Origin: an uncultured Verrucomicrobiae bacterium
Lineage (GTDB): Bacteria > Verrucomicrobiota > Verrucomicrobiia > Chthoniobacterales > Chthoniobacteraceae
Length of the DNA stretch: 64,000 bases
Direction of reading: 5' to 3'
Assembly (NCBI GenBank): GCA_963769025.1
Contig: CAVYKI010000003.1
Location: 1,152,001-1,216,000, forward strand
Shown: positions 10,893 through 22,764 of the stretch, one piece after another
How positions within the stretch are numbered: the stretch's first letter is position 1
Layout of the letters: each line of letters opens with the position of its first letter
The notes under the pieces: generated by a model
Told to the model about the DNA's origin: nothing
Database searches by the model: none
Seen by the model: only the letters and a program-made list of their open reading frames with translations
Position numbers and translations under genes: made by a program

Positions 10893-12829
10893 CTACGCGA
10901 GGTGCAGGTCGGACGCTTCGAGGAAGCCTTCGAGCTGCCGGATGCGCGTCGGGTGGCGCATCTTGCGGAGGGCCTTCGCCTCGATCTGGCGGATGCGCTC
11001 GCGGGTGACCTTGAACTGGCTGCCGACTTCCTCGAGCGTGCGGCTGTAGCCGTCGACGAGGCCGAAGCGCAGCTCGAGCACCTGGCGTTCGCGCTCGGTG
11101 AGGGTGTCGAGCACGTCGTTGATCTTTTCCTTGAGCAGCGAGATCGCCGTCACGTCGCACGGATTCTCGGCGGACTTGTCCTCGATGAAGTCGCCGAAGC
11201 TCGTGTCGTCGCCGTCGCCGACGGGCGACTGGAGCGAGATGGGCTGCTGCGCCATCTTGAGCACCGCGCGGACGCGCTCGACGGGCAGATTCATTTCGTC
11301 GGCGATCTCTTCCGGCGTCGGCTCGCGGCCGTATTCCTGGACGAGCTGCTTCTGCACGCGCATCAGCTTGTTGATCGTCTCGATCATGTGGACCGGGATG
11401 CGGATGGTGCGCGCCTGGTCGGCGATGGAGCGCGTGATGGCCTGGCGGATCCACCACGTGGCGTAGGTGGAGAACTTGTAGCCGCGGCGGTACTCGAATT
11501 TCTCGACCGCCTTCATCAGGCCCATGTTGCCTTCCTGGATCAGGTCGAGGAACGACAGGCCGCGGTTCGTGTATTTCTTCGCGATGGAAATCACGAGGCG
11601 CAGGTTGGCCTCGACCATTTCCGTCTTCGCACGGAGGGCCTTCTTCAGCCACTTCCGCAGGTGTCCGAATTCCGCGGCAAAACCCTCGGCGCTCATCCAC
11701 ATCATCGCCTGCTGCTCCTTGAGCTTCCCGGCATAGTCCACCTTCGCCCCGCCGGCCGCACGCTGCTGGTGCTTCTTCGGCTTGTTCACCTCGTGCTCGA
11801 GCGCGTGAATGACGCGGTTCTTCTCCTCCGCGAGCGTCACGAAGTCCTCGGTGACCTTCTGCTTGTAGAAAAATTTCGGGAAAAACTTCTGCACCGCTGG
11901 TGCCGCTTCACGAAGTCCGCGTAGCTCTTGCTTCTTGTTCGTGCCGCCGTGCGCGAGGTAGTGTCTTGTACGTTCGCCGCGTTTGCTCGCCGCTTCGAGC
12001 TGCTTCATCAGGCGCGGCAGGCCTCTTCATGTAGCTGTCCCGGCTCTCGATTTTCTTGTCGAGGATGACGCGGTCGAAGCGCTCCTCGGCCGTCGATGAG
12101 CTTCTGGCCGAGCTCGAGGTAGCGCCGGACGAAACCGAACTGGTGCAGTGCTTCTGGACGTTCAGCTCCGCGTCCTCGATGCGCATCGAGATCTCGACTT
12201 CCTGCTCGCGGGTCAGCAGCGGCACCTGGCCCATCTGCTTCAGATACATCCGCACCGGGTCGTCGAGGATGTCGAGCTTCTCGGTCGGCTTCTCGGGTTC
12301 CTCGTCTTCCTTTTGCTCCTCGTCTTCGGGCCGACCTTGTAGCTGTCCACCTGCGCCGCATCGATGATGTCGATCTCCATCCCGCGGAGCCGGTTCATGA
12401 TCAGCTCCATCTCATCCGGGTCGCTCACGGACTCGGGCAGATGCTCGTTCAGGTCATCAAAAGTCAGGTAGCCCTGCTCCTTCGCGAGCTTGACGAGTTC
12501 GCGCAGCTTCTCGGCGCCTTCCTGCGTGTCGAGGATGCTCTGGCCCGGGCCGAGCTTCGGCTTCGCGGGGGTCTTCAAAAGTTCGGCGAGCTTCGAGCTG
12601 AGCTGGCCATTTTTCCCGGCGGAACGCTTCGACTGCTTCGACTCCTTCGCAGGCTTCTCCGCCTTCGGTTTTGCGGGGGCCTTGGTCTTTTTCGCCTTGG
12701 GCGCGGGCTTGGCTTTCTTCGCTGCCGGTCTTGCCGCTGGTGCCTTGGCCTTTTTCGTCCCGTTACTTCTCGGTGCTTCTTCGTGGCTTTGTCAGATTTG
12801 GAAACGGCTTTTTTGATTTTTTTCGGCAT
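10893..12829 (-). CDS. rpoD: RNA polymerase primary sigma factor with Lys/Ala/Pro-rich N-terminal extension (frameshifted)
   Basis: Region 1.1 [14 protein letters not shown]; region 1.2 [20 protein letters not shown]; region 2 [27 protein letters not shown] and [16 protein letters not shown]; region 4 [24 protein letters not shown]. Confidence 0.97.
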
Positions 12830-12968
12830 ATCCACGAAGGAATTTTGATTACATTCTCGCCTTCAGCGCCCTCGGATAACCTCCGGAACCGCGACGGAAA
12901 AAGGCCGCGGAATATGGGGAGCACACCTTGCAACGTCAAGTGACTCCTTCCAGAATGTTTTCCGACCG

Positions 12969-14767
12969 TTAAGCAGCCGGCTTCGGCGCGCGCGGGGCGG
13001 GCAGCGCGGCGAGCTGGCGGTGCACGTCGAGCACCTGCGCGTGCAGCCGCCCCATGTCCTCGATGGCGAGACCCGTGCATCCGCAATTGCGCCTCCACCG
13101 CCGGCGCTGGCGCAAAAGCACCCGGCGCTCCAGCTCGTGCCAGCGATCCTCCGCTACCACCTTGGCCTCCAGCGGCACTTCGCGTTCGAGAACCGTGGAG
13201 AGCGCGGCCTCCTCGCCGGGTTCGAGCGTTGCCAGCCACGTGTTCACCGACGCCGGCTCATCCATGCGGAAATCCGCATCCAGGATCTTCACGAGGAGCA
13301 CCAATCGGGCTGGCCGTCGTCCAGCACGCGTTCGCAGGCCTGCGCCTGGAGCCACGCACGCGCCGCGGGGCTTCGCAATGCCAGCAGCGCGAGCCGTACC
13401 TCGTCGGGTCGAGCGTCACTTCCTGCAGCGCTGAGGCTCCGGCTTTCCTCGCCAGTGCCGCGCGCGGGTGCGCGTTTCACGAGGAACTCGCGGAATCCTG
13501 CGGCTCGCCTCCAGGCGCATCGCGGCGTTCGTCAGCACAGCCTCGCGCGCGATGCCGTCGGGCAGGAAGCGATGAGTTCCGCGAGCTTCCGCGCCGCGGC
13601 GATTTTCCCGCGCGGCGTGCCGGTTCCGGCGTCGGCGCCTGGCGCCTCGTCTGGTAGTCGAAGAGATCCCTTGCCGCAGCGACCCGCTCGCGGAAAGCGT
13701 CGGCACCCGATTTTCTGATCAGCGAATCCGGGTCCTCGCCCTGCGGCATCTCCGCGACGCGCACGGCCAGGCCCTGTCCGAGCAGATGCGGCAGGGAGCG
13801 CTCCGCCGCTTTTTCGCCGGCCGCATCCGCGTCAAAGCACAGCACCACCTCCTCCGCGTACCGCTTCAGGATGCGGGCCTGGCGCTCGGTAAACGCGGTA
13901 CCCTGCGGCGCGATGACATTTTGCACGCCGTGCTCGAACGCCGTGATCAGATCGATCTGCCCCTCGCAGACGATGGCCTGCTTTTTGTCGATCAGCGCGC
14001 GCTTCGATTTGTGCAGGCCGAACAGCACCGCACCCTTGGTGAAGAGCGGCGTCTCGGGCGAGTTCACGTATTTCGCGGGGCTTTGCTCCGCCGAGAGGAC
14101 GCGCCCGCTGAAGGCGATCGACCTCGCCCGTGTCGTTGCAAATCGGAAACATGATGCGGCCCCGAAACCGGTCGTAGATCGCGCGCGCTTCGTCGCCCTC
14201 GAGAAGAGGCCGCTCTCCTTCGAGCTCCTCGTCCGAGTAGCCCTGCGCGCGCGCATGGTCGAGCAGGGCGTCCCACGCATCCGGCGCGTAACCGATCTTC
14301 CAGCTCTTCGCGACGTCGGCGGAGAAGGCCGCGCTTTTTCAAGTACTCGCGCGCCGGTTCCGCCGATTTGCCGCGCATGAGCTGCTGGTGGAAAAACTCC
14401 GCCGCCTCCGCATGGAGCGCGAGCAGGCGCCGCCGCAGATCCGCCCGCTGGTAGTCCGCCGCCGTCATCTCCGCCTCGGGAATCTTGATGTTCGCGCGCT
14501 GGCCAGCTTCCGCACCGCCGTCGGAAAATCGAGGTGCTCGTAATCCATCACGAAGCGGAACACCGAGCCGCCCGCGCCGCAGCCGAAGCACTTGAAGATC
14601 TGCCGCTGCGGATTGACGTTGAACGACGGCGTCCGCTCGTGGTGGAACGGGCACAGCGCCTTGTAGGCCGGGCCCGCGCGCTTCAGCGGGAAATACCAGC
14701 CGATCACCTCCACGATGTCATTCGCGGCGGCGATTTGCTCGATGATTTCCTGCGGGATTTGCGGCAT
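12969..14767 (-). CDS. dnaG: DNA primase (frameshifted)
   Basis: Zn finger LCPFHHERTPSF...FKCFGCGAGG, KYVNSPETPLF, TOPRIM CEGQID and CFDADAAG. Lies upstream of rpoD. Confidence 0.95.
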
Positions 14768-14871
14768 TTCTGCAGCAATTGACGAGCCTTCCCCGCGGCG
14801 TCTCAAGCACGCCACCGCCCGGCATCACGGCGGGGTTTCCTTTTCCCGCGGACCGCGCATAGTCACGCCAG

Positions 14872-15775
14872 ATGGACCACGATCTCGGCAAAGCGACCGA
14901 TGCGATCCTCCGCTCTTACGAGACGGGCGGCGGCATCAACCATGTGGACGGCGCGAACCTCCCGTCCAAACGCGCGGTCGCGGCGATTTGCGAGGACCTG
15001 CTGCAGCTGCTCTTTCCCGGCTTTCACGACGCGGAGCCGATCCATTCGCAGCACCTGCCGCGCGTCACTTCGCATCGCGTTTTCACGATCGCGGAGCGGC
15101 TCGCGGAGGAGGTTTGCAAGAGCCTGCGGCTCGGCGAGCCGAATTGCCCGAACGAGGCGCGCGTTGAAAATCACGCGCGATTTTCTCGAGCGGCCTTCCG
15201 CAGGTGCGCGAGCTGCTGAAGACGGACGTCGAGGCTGCGTTCCAGGGCGATCCCGCGGCGGCGGCGTCGGACGAAGTGATCCTGTCGTATCCGTTCATCG
15301 AGGCCATCGCCATCCAGCGCAGCGCGCACATCCTCTACGCGCTCGAGCGTGCCGCTCATCCCGCGGATGATGACGGAGTGGGCGCACAGCCGCACGGGCA
15401 TCGACATCCATCCCGGCGCGCACATCGGCTCGCACTTTTTCATCGACCACGGCACCGGCGTGGTCATCGGCGAGACGAGCGTGCTCGGCACGCATGTGAA
15501 GCTCTACCAGGGCGTGTCGCTCATCGCGCGTTCGCTGGCCGGCGGGCAGGCGCTGCGCGGGCAAGAAGCGGCACCCGAGCATCGAGGACAACGTGACCAT
15601 TTACGCCAACGCCACCATCATGGGCGGCGACACCGTCATCGGCGCGGGCTCGACGGTCGGCGCGAGCGTCTTCCTCACGCACAGCGTCCCGCCGCGCTCG
15701 CTCGTGCTCGCCGAGGGCCAGGGCGTGCGCGTGCTGGAAAAGGACCGCAAGGTCGCCGACGACTGGATGATTTAG
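14872..15775 (+). CDS. cysE: Serine O-acetyltransferase (EpsC/CysE type, frameshifted)
   Basis: [64 protein letters not shown]. Confidence 0.9.
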
Positions 15776-15793
15776 CGCCGCACGCCGGCGCGC

Positions 15794-16024
15794 TCAGAAG
15801 TCGCTGCTTCGCAGCCACGAACCGTAGAAGAAATCCTTTTCCTCATTCGATACGGAGGGGACCAGCCAGTCCTTCTTGAAGACCTCCCGCGTCGTGCGCT
15901 CGTCCTGCGTCTCCCAGCGCCGCCTCGCGAGGCGCTCCTCCTTCGACGCGCAGCCGCCAAATGCGAATGCAAGCGACAGCATGGACATTGCGAGCAGGAG
16001 GCGCGGGGAAAAGTTCAGACTCAT
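15794..16024 (-). CDS. Small putative lipoprotein
   Basis: [25 protein letters not shown] carries a lipobox-like FGGC, followed by about 50 hydrophilic residues. Confidence 0.55.
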   Translation of the reverse strand: MSLNFSPRLLLAMSMLSLAFAFGGCASKEERLARRRWETQDERTTREVFKKDWLVPSVSNEEKDFFYGSWLRSSDF

Positions 16025-16144
16025 GGGAGCCACCGACGATGTCCAGCATTCCTGCCGCGAGTCATTCGGAATCTTCGGCACTGCGTGGGACGGCGCGGCA
16101 AAACGATTCGCCATCCGGCGCGGATGGGCGGATGCTGCGGGCCG

Positions 16145-17300
16145 ATGATTTACCTCGACCACAACGCCACGACTCCCCTCGCGCCCGAGGCGCTGGAGGC
16201 GATGCGGCCGTACTTCGATCGGTTTCACGGCAATGCGTCGTCGATCCATGCTGCGGGCCGCGAGACGCGAGCGGCGCTGGATGATTCGCGCGACCGGCTC
16301 GCGGCGCTGCTCGGGGCCAAACCGCACGAGATCATCTTCACCGCCGGCGGCACCGAGGCGAACAACCTCGCGCTGCTCGGCCTCGCCCGTGCGCACGCTG
16401 GGCGAGGGAAACACCTCATCACCTGCGCGACGGAGCATCACGCGGTGCTGCATCCGCTGGAGCATCTGCGAAAGGCGCGAGGGTTTCCGGCGTCACGTGC
16501 TGCCGCGTGGATTCCGCGGACTGCTCGACCCCGCGGATGTGCGGCCGCGCTGACTCCGGACACGACGCTCGTCTCGGTGATGACCGCGAACAACGAGACC
16601 GGCGTGCGCCAGCCCGTGGCGGAGATCGCCGCGCTCTGCCGCGAGCGTGGCGGGCTCTTTCACACCGATGCGATCCAGAGCTTCGGCAAGGAGCCGCTCC
16701 CCTGCGATGCCGACGCGCTCTCGCTCGCTGCGCACAAGTTCTACGGCCCAAAAGGCGCGGGCCTGCTGCCGCTACGCAGCGGGATTTCGATCGAGCGCAT
16801 CGCATTCGGCGGCAGCCACGAGGGCGACCGCCGGCCGGGACGGAAAACGTCGCGGCCATCGCCGGCATGGCCCGCGCCGCGGAACTCGCGGCCGCGGATG
16901 CCGACCACGAGGCCGCAACGGCTCGGCCCGCTCCGGGAGCAGCTCTGGCAAGGCATCCGCGCGGCATTCCCCGCCGCCATGCGCGACGGCGACCCGGCGC
17001 TTTCGCTCGCCGAACACGCTCAACGTCAGTTTCCCCGGCCTCGACGGCGAGAGCGTGCTCATCAATCTCGACCTCGCCGGCATCTGCGCATCGAGCGGGT
17101 CCGCGTGCATGGTCGGCAGCATCCTGCCGTCGCACGTCTTGCTGGCGATGGGCGTCGCGACGTGAGTCGCGCAGGCGACCGTCCGCTTTCCGCTCGGGAA
17201 AGGAACGACGCACGATGAGGTCGCCGATGCCGTCCGCCGCATCGAGGGCATCTTCGGCGCAGCCTCCGCGAAACGCGGCCCTTGCGCGAGCGTCGCGCAA
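16145..17300 (+). CDS. iscS: Cysteine desulfurase (frameshifted; end approximate)
   Basis: [58 protein letters not shown]. Confidence 0.9.
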
Positions 17301-17529
17301 CGCGCAGGGTCGAAGATCTTCCTGCGCCAGCGCGATCGCAGACTCGACCCCAGAACCGATCCTCCCAAGGACGTCGCCGCCAGCGGGATTTCCAACGAAG
17401 TATCGTCCTCTGTGACGGCCGCACTTGATTTCGGATTACAAATTGAAACCGCGCGAAGCAGGCTGATGCAGGGCTGGCCTTTAGCGAAGCCGGCCATCGA
17501 ACGCCTGGTCACTCGAGACACCACACACC

Positions 17530-18869
17530 ATGAGCGCAATCAGATCATCACACTACTGGAAGAACGACCCGGCCCATCTCCGCAAAGTCAGCCGACGCCG
17601 AATTCCTCTACGCGGCCGGCTCGCGGCATCGGCCTGACCATGGCGACCTGTTCTCAAGCTGCGCGCGATCGAGACCGACCAGGATCGCCGTGCGACCGCC
17701 GATCGGCTCGATCCACATTCACCTGCCGGGCGCGGCGCCCACCAGGAGACGTCGATCCCGAGCACCTCGCGCGCATTGAATACGTCGGCCTTCGGCACCA
17801 GCTGGACAACTACCGATCCCGGCGTGGAAGCTCTCGCAGTATCTGAAGGAGACCGCGAAGATCGCGGACAAGATCACGGTCGTCCGCTCCATGACCCACG
17901 GCGAGGCCGCCCACGAGCGCGGCACGCACAACATGTTCACCGGCTACCGCCCGCGCCCGCGCTCCAGTTCCCTCGCTTCGGCTCCGTCATCTCGCACGAG
18001 CAGGGCTCGCGCAACAACCTGCCGCCCTACGTCTGCGTGCCGAACATGCCGAATGACATTCGCCGGCACCGGCTACATGAGCAGCGCCTACGGCCCCTTC
18101 AGCCTCGGCGGCGATCCGGCGGACAAGGGCTTCACCGTGCGCGACCTCAATCATGCCCAACGGCGTCGACGACAAGCGCTTCGACCGCCGCCGCAACCTG
18201 CTGGGCACGGTGGACGAGCATTTCCGCACGCTGGAGAAGTCCGACTCCCTCGACGCGATGGACAGCTTCTACCAGGCGGCCTACGCGCTCATCAGTTCAG
18301 CCGAAGGCCCGCGAGGCCTTCAACCTCACCGCCGAGCCCGACAGCATGCCGCGACGAATACGGCCGCAACGACCGCCGGTCAGCGCATGCTGATGGCCCG
18401 CCGCCTCGTCGAGGCCGGCGTGCGCTTCGTCTCCATGACCTACGGCGGCTGGGACATCCACGCCAACATCCAGGACGGCATCACACGGCCAGCTGCCGAA
18501 CTTCGACCAGGCCTTCGCCGCGCTCATCACCGATCTCGACCAGCGCGGCCTGCTCGACTCGACGCTCGTCATGGTCACGTCCGAGTTCGGCCGCACGCCG
18601 AAGATCAACAGCGACGCTGGCCGCGACCACTGGCCGCGCGTTTTCACCGTCGTCCTCGCCGGCGGTGGGTTCAAGCGCGGGCACATCCACGGCTCGTCCG
18701 ACCCGACCGGCTCCGAACCCGACCGAAGATCCGCTCACGGTCGAAAACATGGCCACGACCGTCTATCATCAGCTCGGCATCGCGCCGGAAAAGAAACTTG
18801 ATCGCGCCGGGGAACCGCCCGATCGACATCGTCCGCAATGGCACTGTCGTTTCCGAGCTGCTGGCCTGA
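17530..18869 (+). CDS. DUF1501 domain protein (error-rich)
   Basis: [74 protein letters not shown]. Confidence 0.8.
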
Positions 18870-18889
18870 GCAGCGCCAGCGCAACTTCG

Positions 18890-18927
18890 ACCGCCGCCAC
18901 ACCGGGAAACCGGATCGGCGGTGGTTC
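18890..18927. terminator. Imperfect GC-rich hairpin between convergent genes
   Basis: accgccg..ccgg-gaaa-ccgg..cggcggt lies just after the DUF1501 stop. No clear U-tract, and the region is noisy. Confidence 0.35.
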
Positions 18928-18980
18928 CGCTTCTCCAGCGGAATGCGGCGCCCATTGCTCCGGGCCGAAGATCGATTCAA

Positions 18981-21912
18981 TCACTCCGCTCCGCAGGAAG
19001 GCGACGAGGTCGAGAAGTTCTGGCGGTGAAGAAGCGTGCGCTCGAGCTGCGCCGGCATGAGCGGACCGCAGCGTGTGCATGTGCGATTTGCGCGCGCGCG
19101 ACGGATGCTCCTGGCCCGCGCGTTTGCGAGGACGACTCGTCGGTCGTTCTCGTCGATCACGCCGAGCAAGACTCGCGTTCGCAGGTGTCGATCGCCACGG
19201 GCTCGATTCGCGCACCATGGTCGCGTGGAAGGATGGATCGAGCGATCACGCTTGGTGCGGATTTCTTGCTCGATGGTGTGAGTATCGGACCGATGGTTAC
19301 TCGATGTTCCCAGAGCACGATGGCACACGACGGCAGCGTCCTTCCTGCTCGAAGATTTTCCGTCCCTACGAGCGGCGACACCTTTCGCGGTGACCAGCGC
19401 GGCAGCGTGTCGAGGTGCGGCGGCGGCGTCGTCTCGGTCGGCCAGGTCGCGGAGCCAGGCATGAGTCCGTCACGCCTTCGGAGGGATCGCTGCTGAAGAG
19501 CGTGCGGGTCTCGCTTCGCTAACTCGCCAGCGATGCACCGCTATCGACGCGTTGGCCGCAGAGGCGTTCCGTATTCGAAGATCGTTCGCGCGGCGAAATG
19601 CGCGGAGCATTTCGCCAAGTTCGAGCGGCGCCTGAGCGCACCGATGGCCGGAGCGACGGCGGCGAGCGGCTGAGTCGACGATCTTCGCCACGAGCAGGCG
19701 TACCGCTTCGATGCGCGACGAGAAAGTACGCGTCGCTGCCGGCACGCCGAGGAGGAGGAAGCGGAACTTGCACCGGAGATCGCGGCCCCGACATTCCAGC
19801 CCGGCGCTGAGCGCCTTGAGCCGCGATGTAGTGACGCCTTGCGCTCCGCCGCGAGACCGACGCAGCGGTCGGCGGAGATCTTCAGGTGCGCAAGTCTGCC
19901 AATCGGCGTCGAGCACGAGTGGAAGGTCGGGCGGGCCGGATTCGTCAGCGCGGTCTTCAGCGGGCAATACGATCGGGCCGGCGGCGATCCGGATCGCCTG
20001 CCGATGAGAGTGCTACGCGATTTTGGGGCGCGCGCGGGGATTCAGCGCTTCGAGAAGCGGCGCCACGATCTCTGCCCACCGCGGAGTCGGTCGATGGCCG
20101 CCTCGTGATCCGCTCGATGATGCGGAGTCGTCGATGGACTTGCCGGCCGGATCAGGCGCGAATGTTCGGAGTCTGCGCGGTCCAGATCCTTTGCGGCGCG
20201 TGAGGATGTCGGCGGACCGACCTCGGCGAGTGGAGAGTCGTTCGCATCCAGCAATCGGGAGCATCTACACCACCGGCGAGCGGCGATGCGTCCACCTCAA
20301 TTCGAGGACAGATCAGCGCACGACGTGGTCACGCCGTTCCGCCGTACGCACCGCAGTTCAGCAGCATCACCATTTCCCACGCGCGACAGCGCAGGCATCG
20401 CCTGATGTCGAGCGGACGTTCGATTCAGCGGCTCGAGCGATGCAGGGCGCAGTACGTGTCGCGGGCTGAGCTTCTGGAAGCGCGACCAAGCGCGCCCGCG
20501 GCGGCCAGGCGCAGCGCCTGCATCCCGATGGCTGACGCGTGCGCCAGGGTCTTCCGTCCCGGGCTGCGCGAGCGAGGCGGAGCGCATTCGCCGGCGTGCG
20601 CGACGGTCTCGGATCGGGTCCGGCGAGCGCGGCGGTCAGTTCTTCGCGTCGCCGCTGCGCGCGCTTGCCATGTTGCGGATGCGGCATGCCCATGCGGTTC
20701 GCTTTTCGCGAGCGGACCTTTGGGCGGATGCGGTAGATGGCGCCTTCTCGACGTCCGGCTTCGCGACGAGGGAAGCGGTACGGCCGGAGCGGAACCAGCC
20801 GCCGGTGTCCACGACGAGCAGCGAGCCGTCACGATCCTCCAGCACATCGGTGATGTGCACATCGGGGTTCTGCGATCTTCAGAAACTCGCGCGACGTGAC
20901 GCTGTATGTCGCGCCGGAACGCTGCGACTTCCATGCGCGTGACGCGCTGCGTGTTGAAATGCGTGACGAAGAGATTCCCGCGCCAATCGGATTCAGCGCG
21001 CCTGAGCGATAGAAGGTGCAGCCGCGAGACCGCGACATGGCCGAAATTGTAAAATCGGCGGCAGCAGTTCGCCCGTGCGCTTGATTCCGCGACCGCGTCA
21101 CCCTGATCCTCGCGCGGATACACGCCGCCGCGCAGCCAGTGGACGAGGCAATCGCCGCGCGGCGTGCCGTAGAGAGGTTCACCGTGCCGAGGATTTCGCC
21201 GTCGGGCGTGAAATCGATCTCCACCGGATTGTCCATCCCGCCACCCGAGTGCATCTGCACGTCCGAGCCGTCCGGTTTGCACGACCAGATGCCCGACGCC
21301 TTGCCTTTGCGGACGGGATTCCCGCCGTTGTCAAAAACGTCGTGCCCCTTGCGCCCGTGGCACCAGTAGAGGCCGGCCGTTCGGATGCACGAACGGCCCA
21401 TGGATGTCCGCCGCATTTCCCGTGAAGTCGAAGCCGCGCACGATCATCTCGCGCTTGTCCGCCACGCCGTCGCCGGTCGTGTCCGTGAGCCGCCAGATGC
21501 CCGGCGGCGAGGCGACGTAGAGCGAGCCGCCGAGCCACGCGCAGCCTTGCGGGAAAGTCATCTTGTCGGCGAAGACCGTGGACTTGTCGTAAACGCCGTC
21601 GGCATTCGTGTCCTCCAGCATCAGCACGCGGTGCGGCAGCTCCTTTTCCAGCCCGGCCTTGTTCAGATTCACCCCGGACGAATCACCGACAAAAAGCCGC
21701 CCGAGATCATCCGCCGTCGCCATGATGGGATGCCGCACCAACGGCGCTGCGGCGACGACTTCCGCAGTGTACCCGTCCGGCAATTGAACCGGCGGCATCG
21801 CGTAGTCGAACGGTTTCGTGTTGTCTTTCGCTGATGCTGCGGTGGTGAAGCGGATGGCAACGCAGGCGAGCGTGCTTGGCGCACGGCAGCCGAGAGAGAG
21901 GTTCAGGCGCAT
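18981..21912 (-). CDS. Second PVC-type heme-binding dehydrogenase-domain protein (very error-rich)
   Basis: LPDGYTAEVVAAAPLVRHPIMA, LEDTNADGVYDKSTVFADKMTFPQG, DTTGDGVADKR, GGMDNPVEIDF, DVLEDRDGSLLVVDTGGWF, a CAVCH-like remnant near 19320, and C-terminal LMPA...ELLDLVAFLRS. Confidence 0.7.
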
Positions 21913-22764
21913 GGCTGGAGGGGTCGCTTGGGCAGATGCCGATGCGTACACCGCGCCGCCACGGCAACCTTGGGCTCTCAAACGGGACGAATGGTGCTGG
22001 CGAGCGGATAGGCAGGACCCATCGGGCTCATCACGGCTGGTGTACGGGCCCGGTTCGAGGAGCGAAAGTTGCCGCTCACGGCACCCGTCGGCGCATGACG
22101 CCATTCGTGCAGGAGCCCGGCTCGGACGCTCAGCCGAGGTGCCGAGGGCCTTGAGGAGCGCATCCGCGTCGGGGTGGTGGTGAGTGTCAGCGTGGCTCGG
22201 ACGGGCTTCGGCTTGAGCGAGGGCTTCATCGGTCGAGCAGCGCGCCGGCTTTCGAGGAAGGCTTCACCTTCGGGATCTTCGGGTCGTCAGCGCGATCGGC
22301 GATGCGCTCAAGGTCGGCAGATCCATTTTCGCAGGCCGTGGTGACGAGTTCGGGAAAGTTTGCGATGCAAGGGGAAGGACGCGGGATCGTTAGATGTGAC
22401 TCTCCGGGCATCACGCACAATGCTGTAACGCGGCAGCGTCGATCACTTCACGTGAACGGCGTTCGTCCATTCGCGGATGTTATGCGAAGTCTTGGCAACA
22501 ATTGGTAATCGGGGCGTTGTCGGACGGCTTCCAGAAGCGGTTTGCAAGCCGCGTACCGCGCGGCGTTCTATTTTAAAATCTTGATACCATCGGGCGGCTA
22601 AGGGTGCGGCGTTTCTCTTGGTTTCGCGTTTTCACCGACGCAGAGAATCGGCGTAGCCGACGAGCAGAGCGGTCGCGAGAAGCGTATGACTTGAGCATCG
22701 GAGTCGACGGACGCGAACGGGGCTTGCAGCATGACGTTCGTAAAGTGAGATGGATCGAGGTTCG

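Noticed and set aside
13473..13488. parS-like CGTTTCACGAGGAACT in dnaG
   Set aside because: About three mismatches including the central core, in a noisy region.
21978..22420. Short minus-strand ORFs
   Set aside because: No recognisable motif, and the sequence quality is too poor to call a gene.
22444..22459. TTCACGTGAA palindrome as a third parS
   Set aside because: Only the inner 10 bp match; the outer TGT/ACA arms are absent.
22653..22672. GTAGCCGACGAGCAGAGCGG as another REP arm
   Set aside because: It needs several gaps to align and has no partner arm.
22420..22760. oriC or an ncRNA downstream of mnmG
   Set aside because: There is a short AT-rich run near 22566-22586, but I saw no DnaA-box cluster or recognisable RNA structure.
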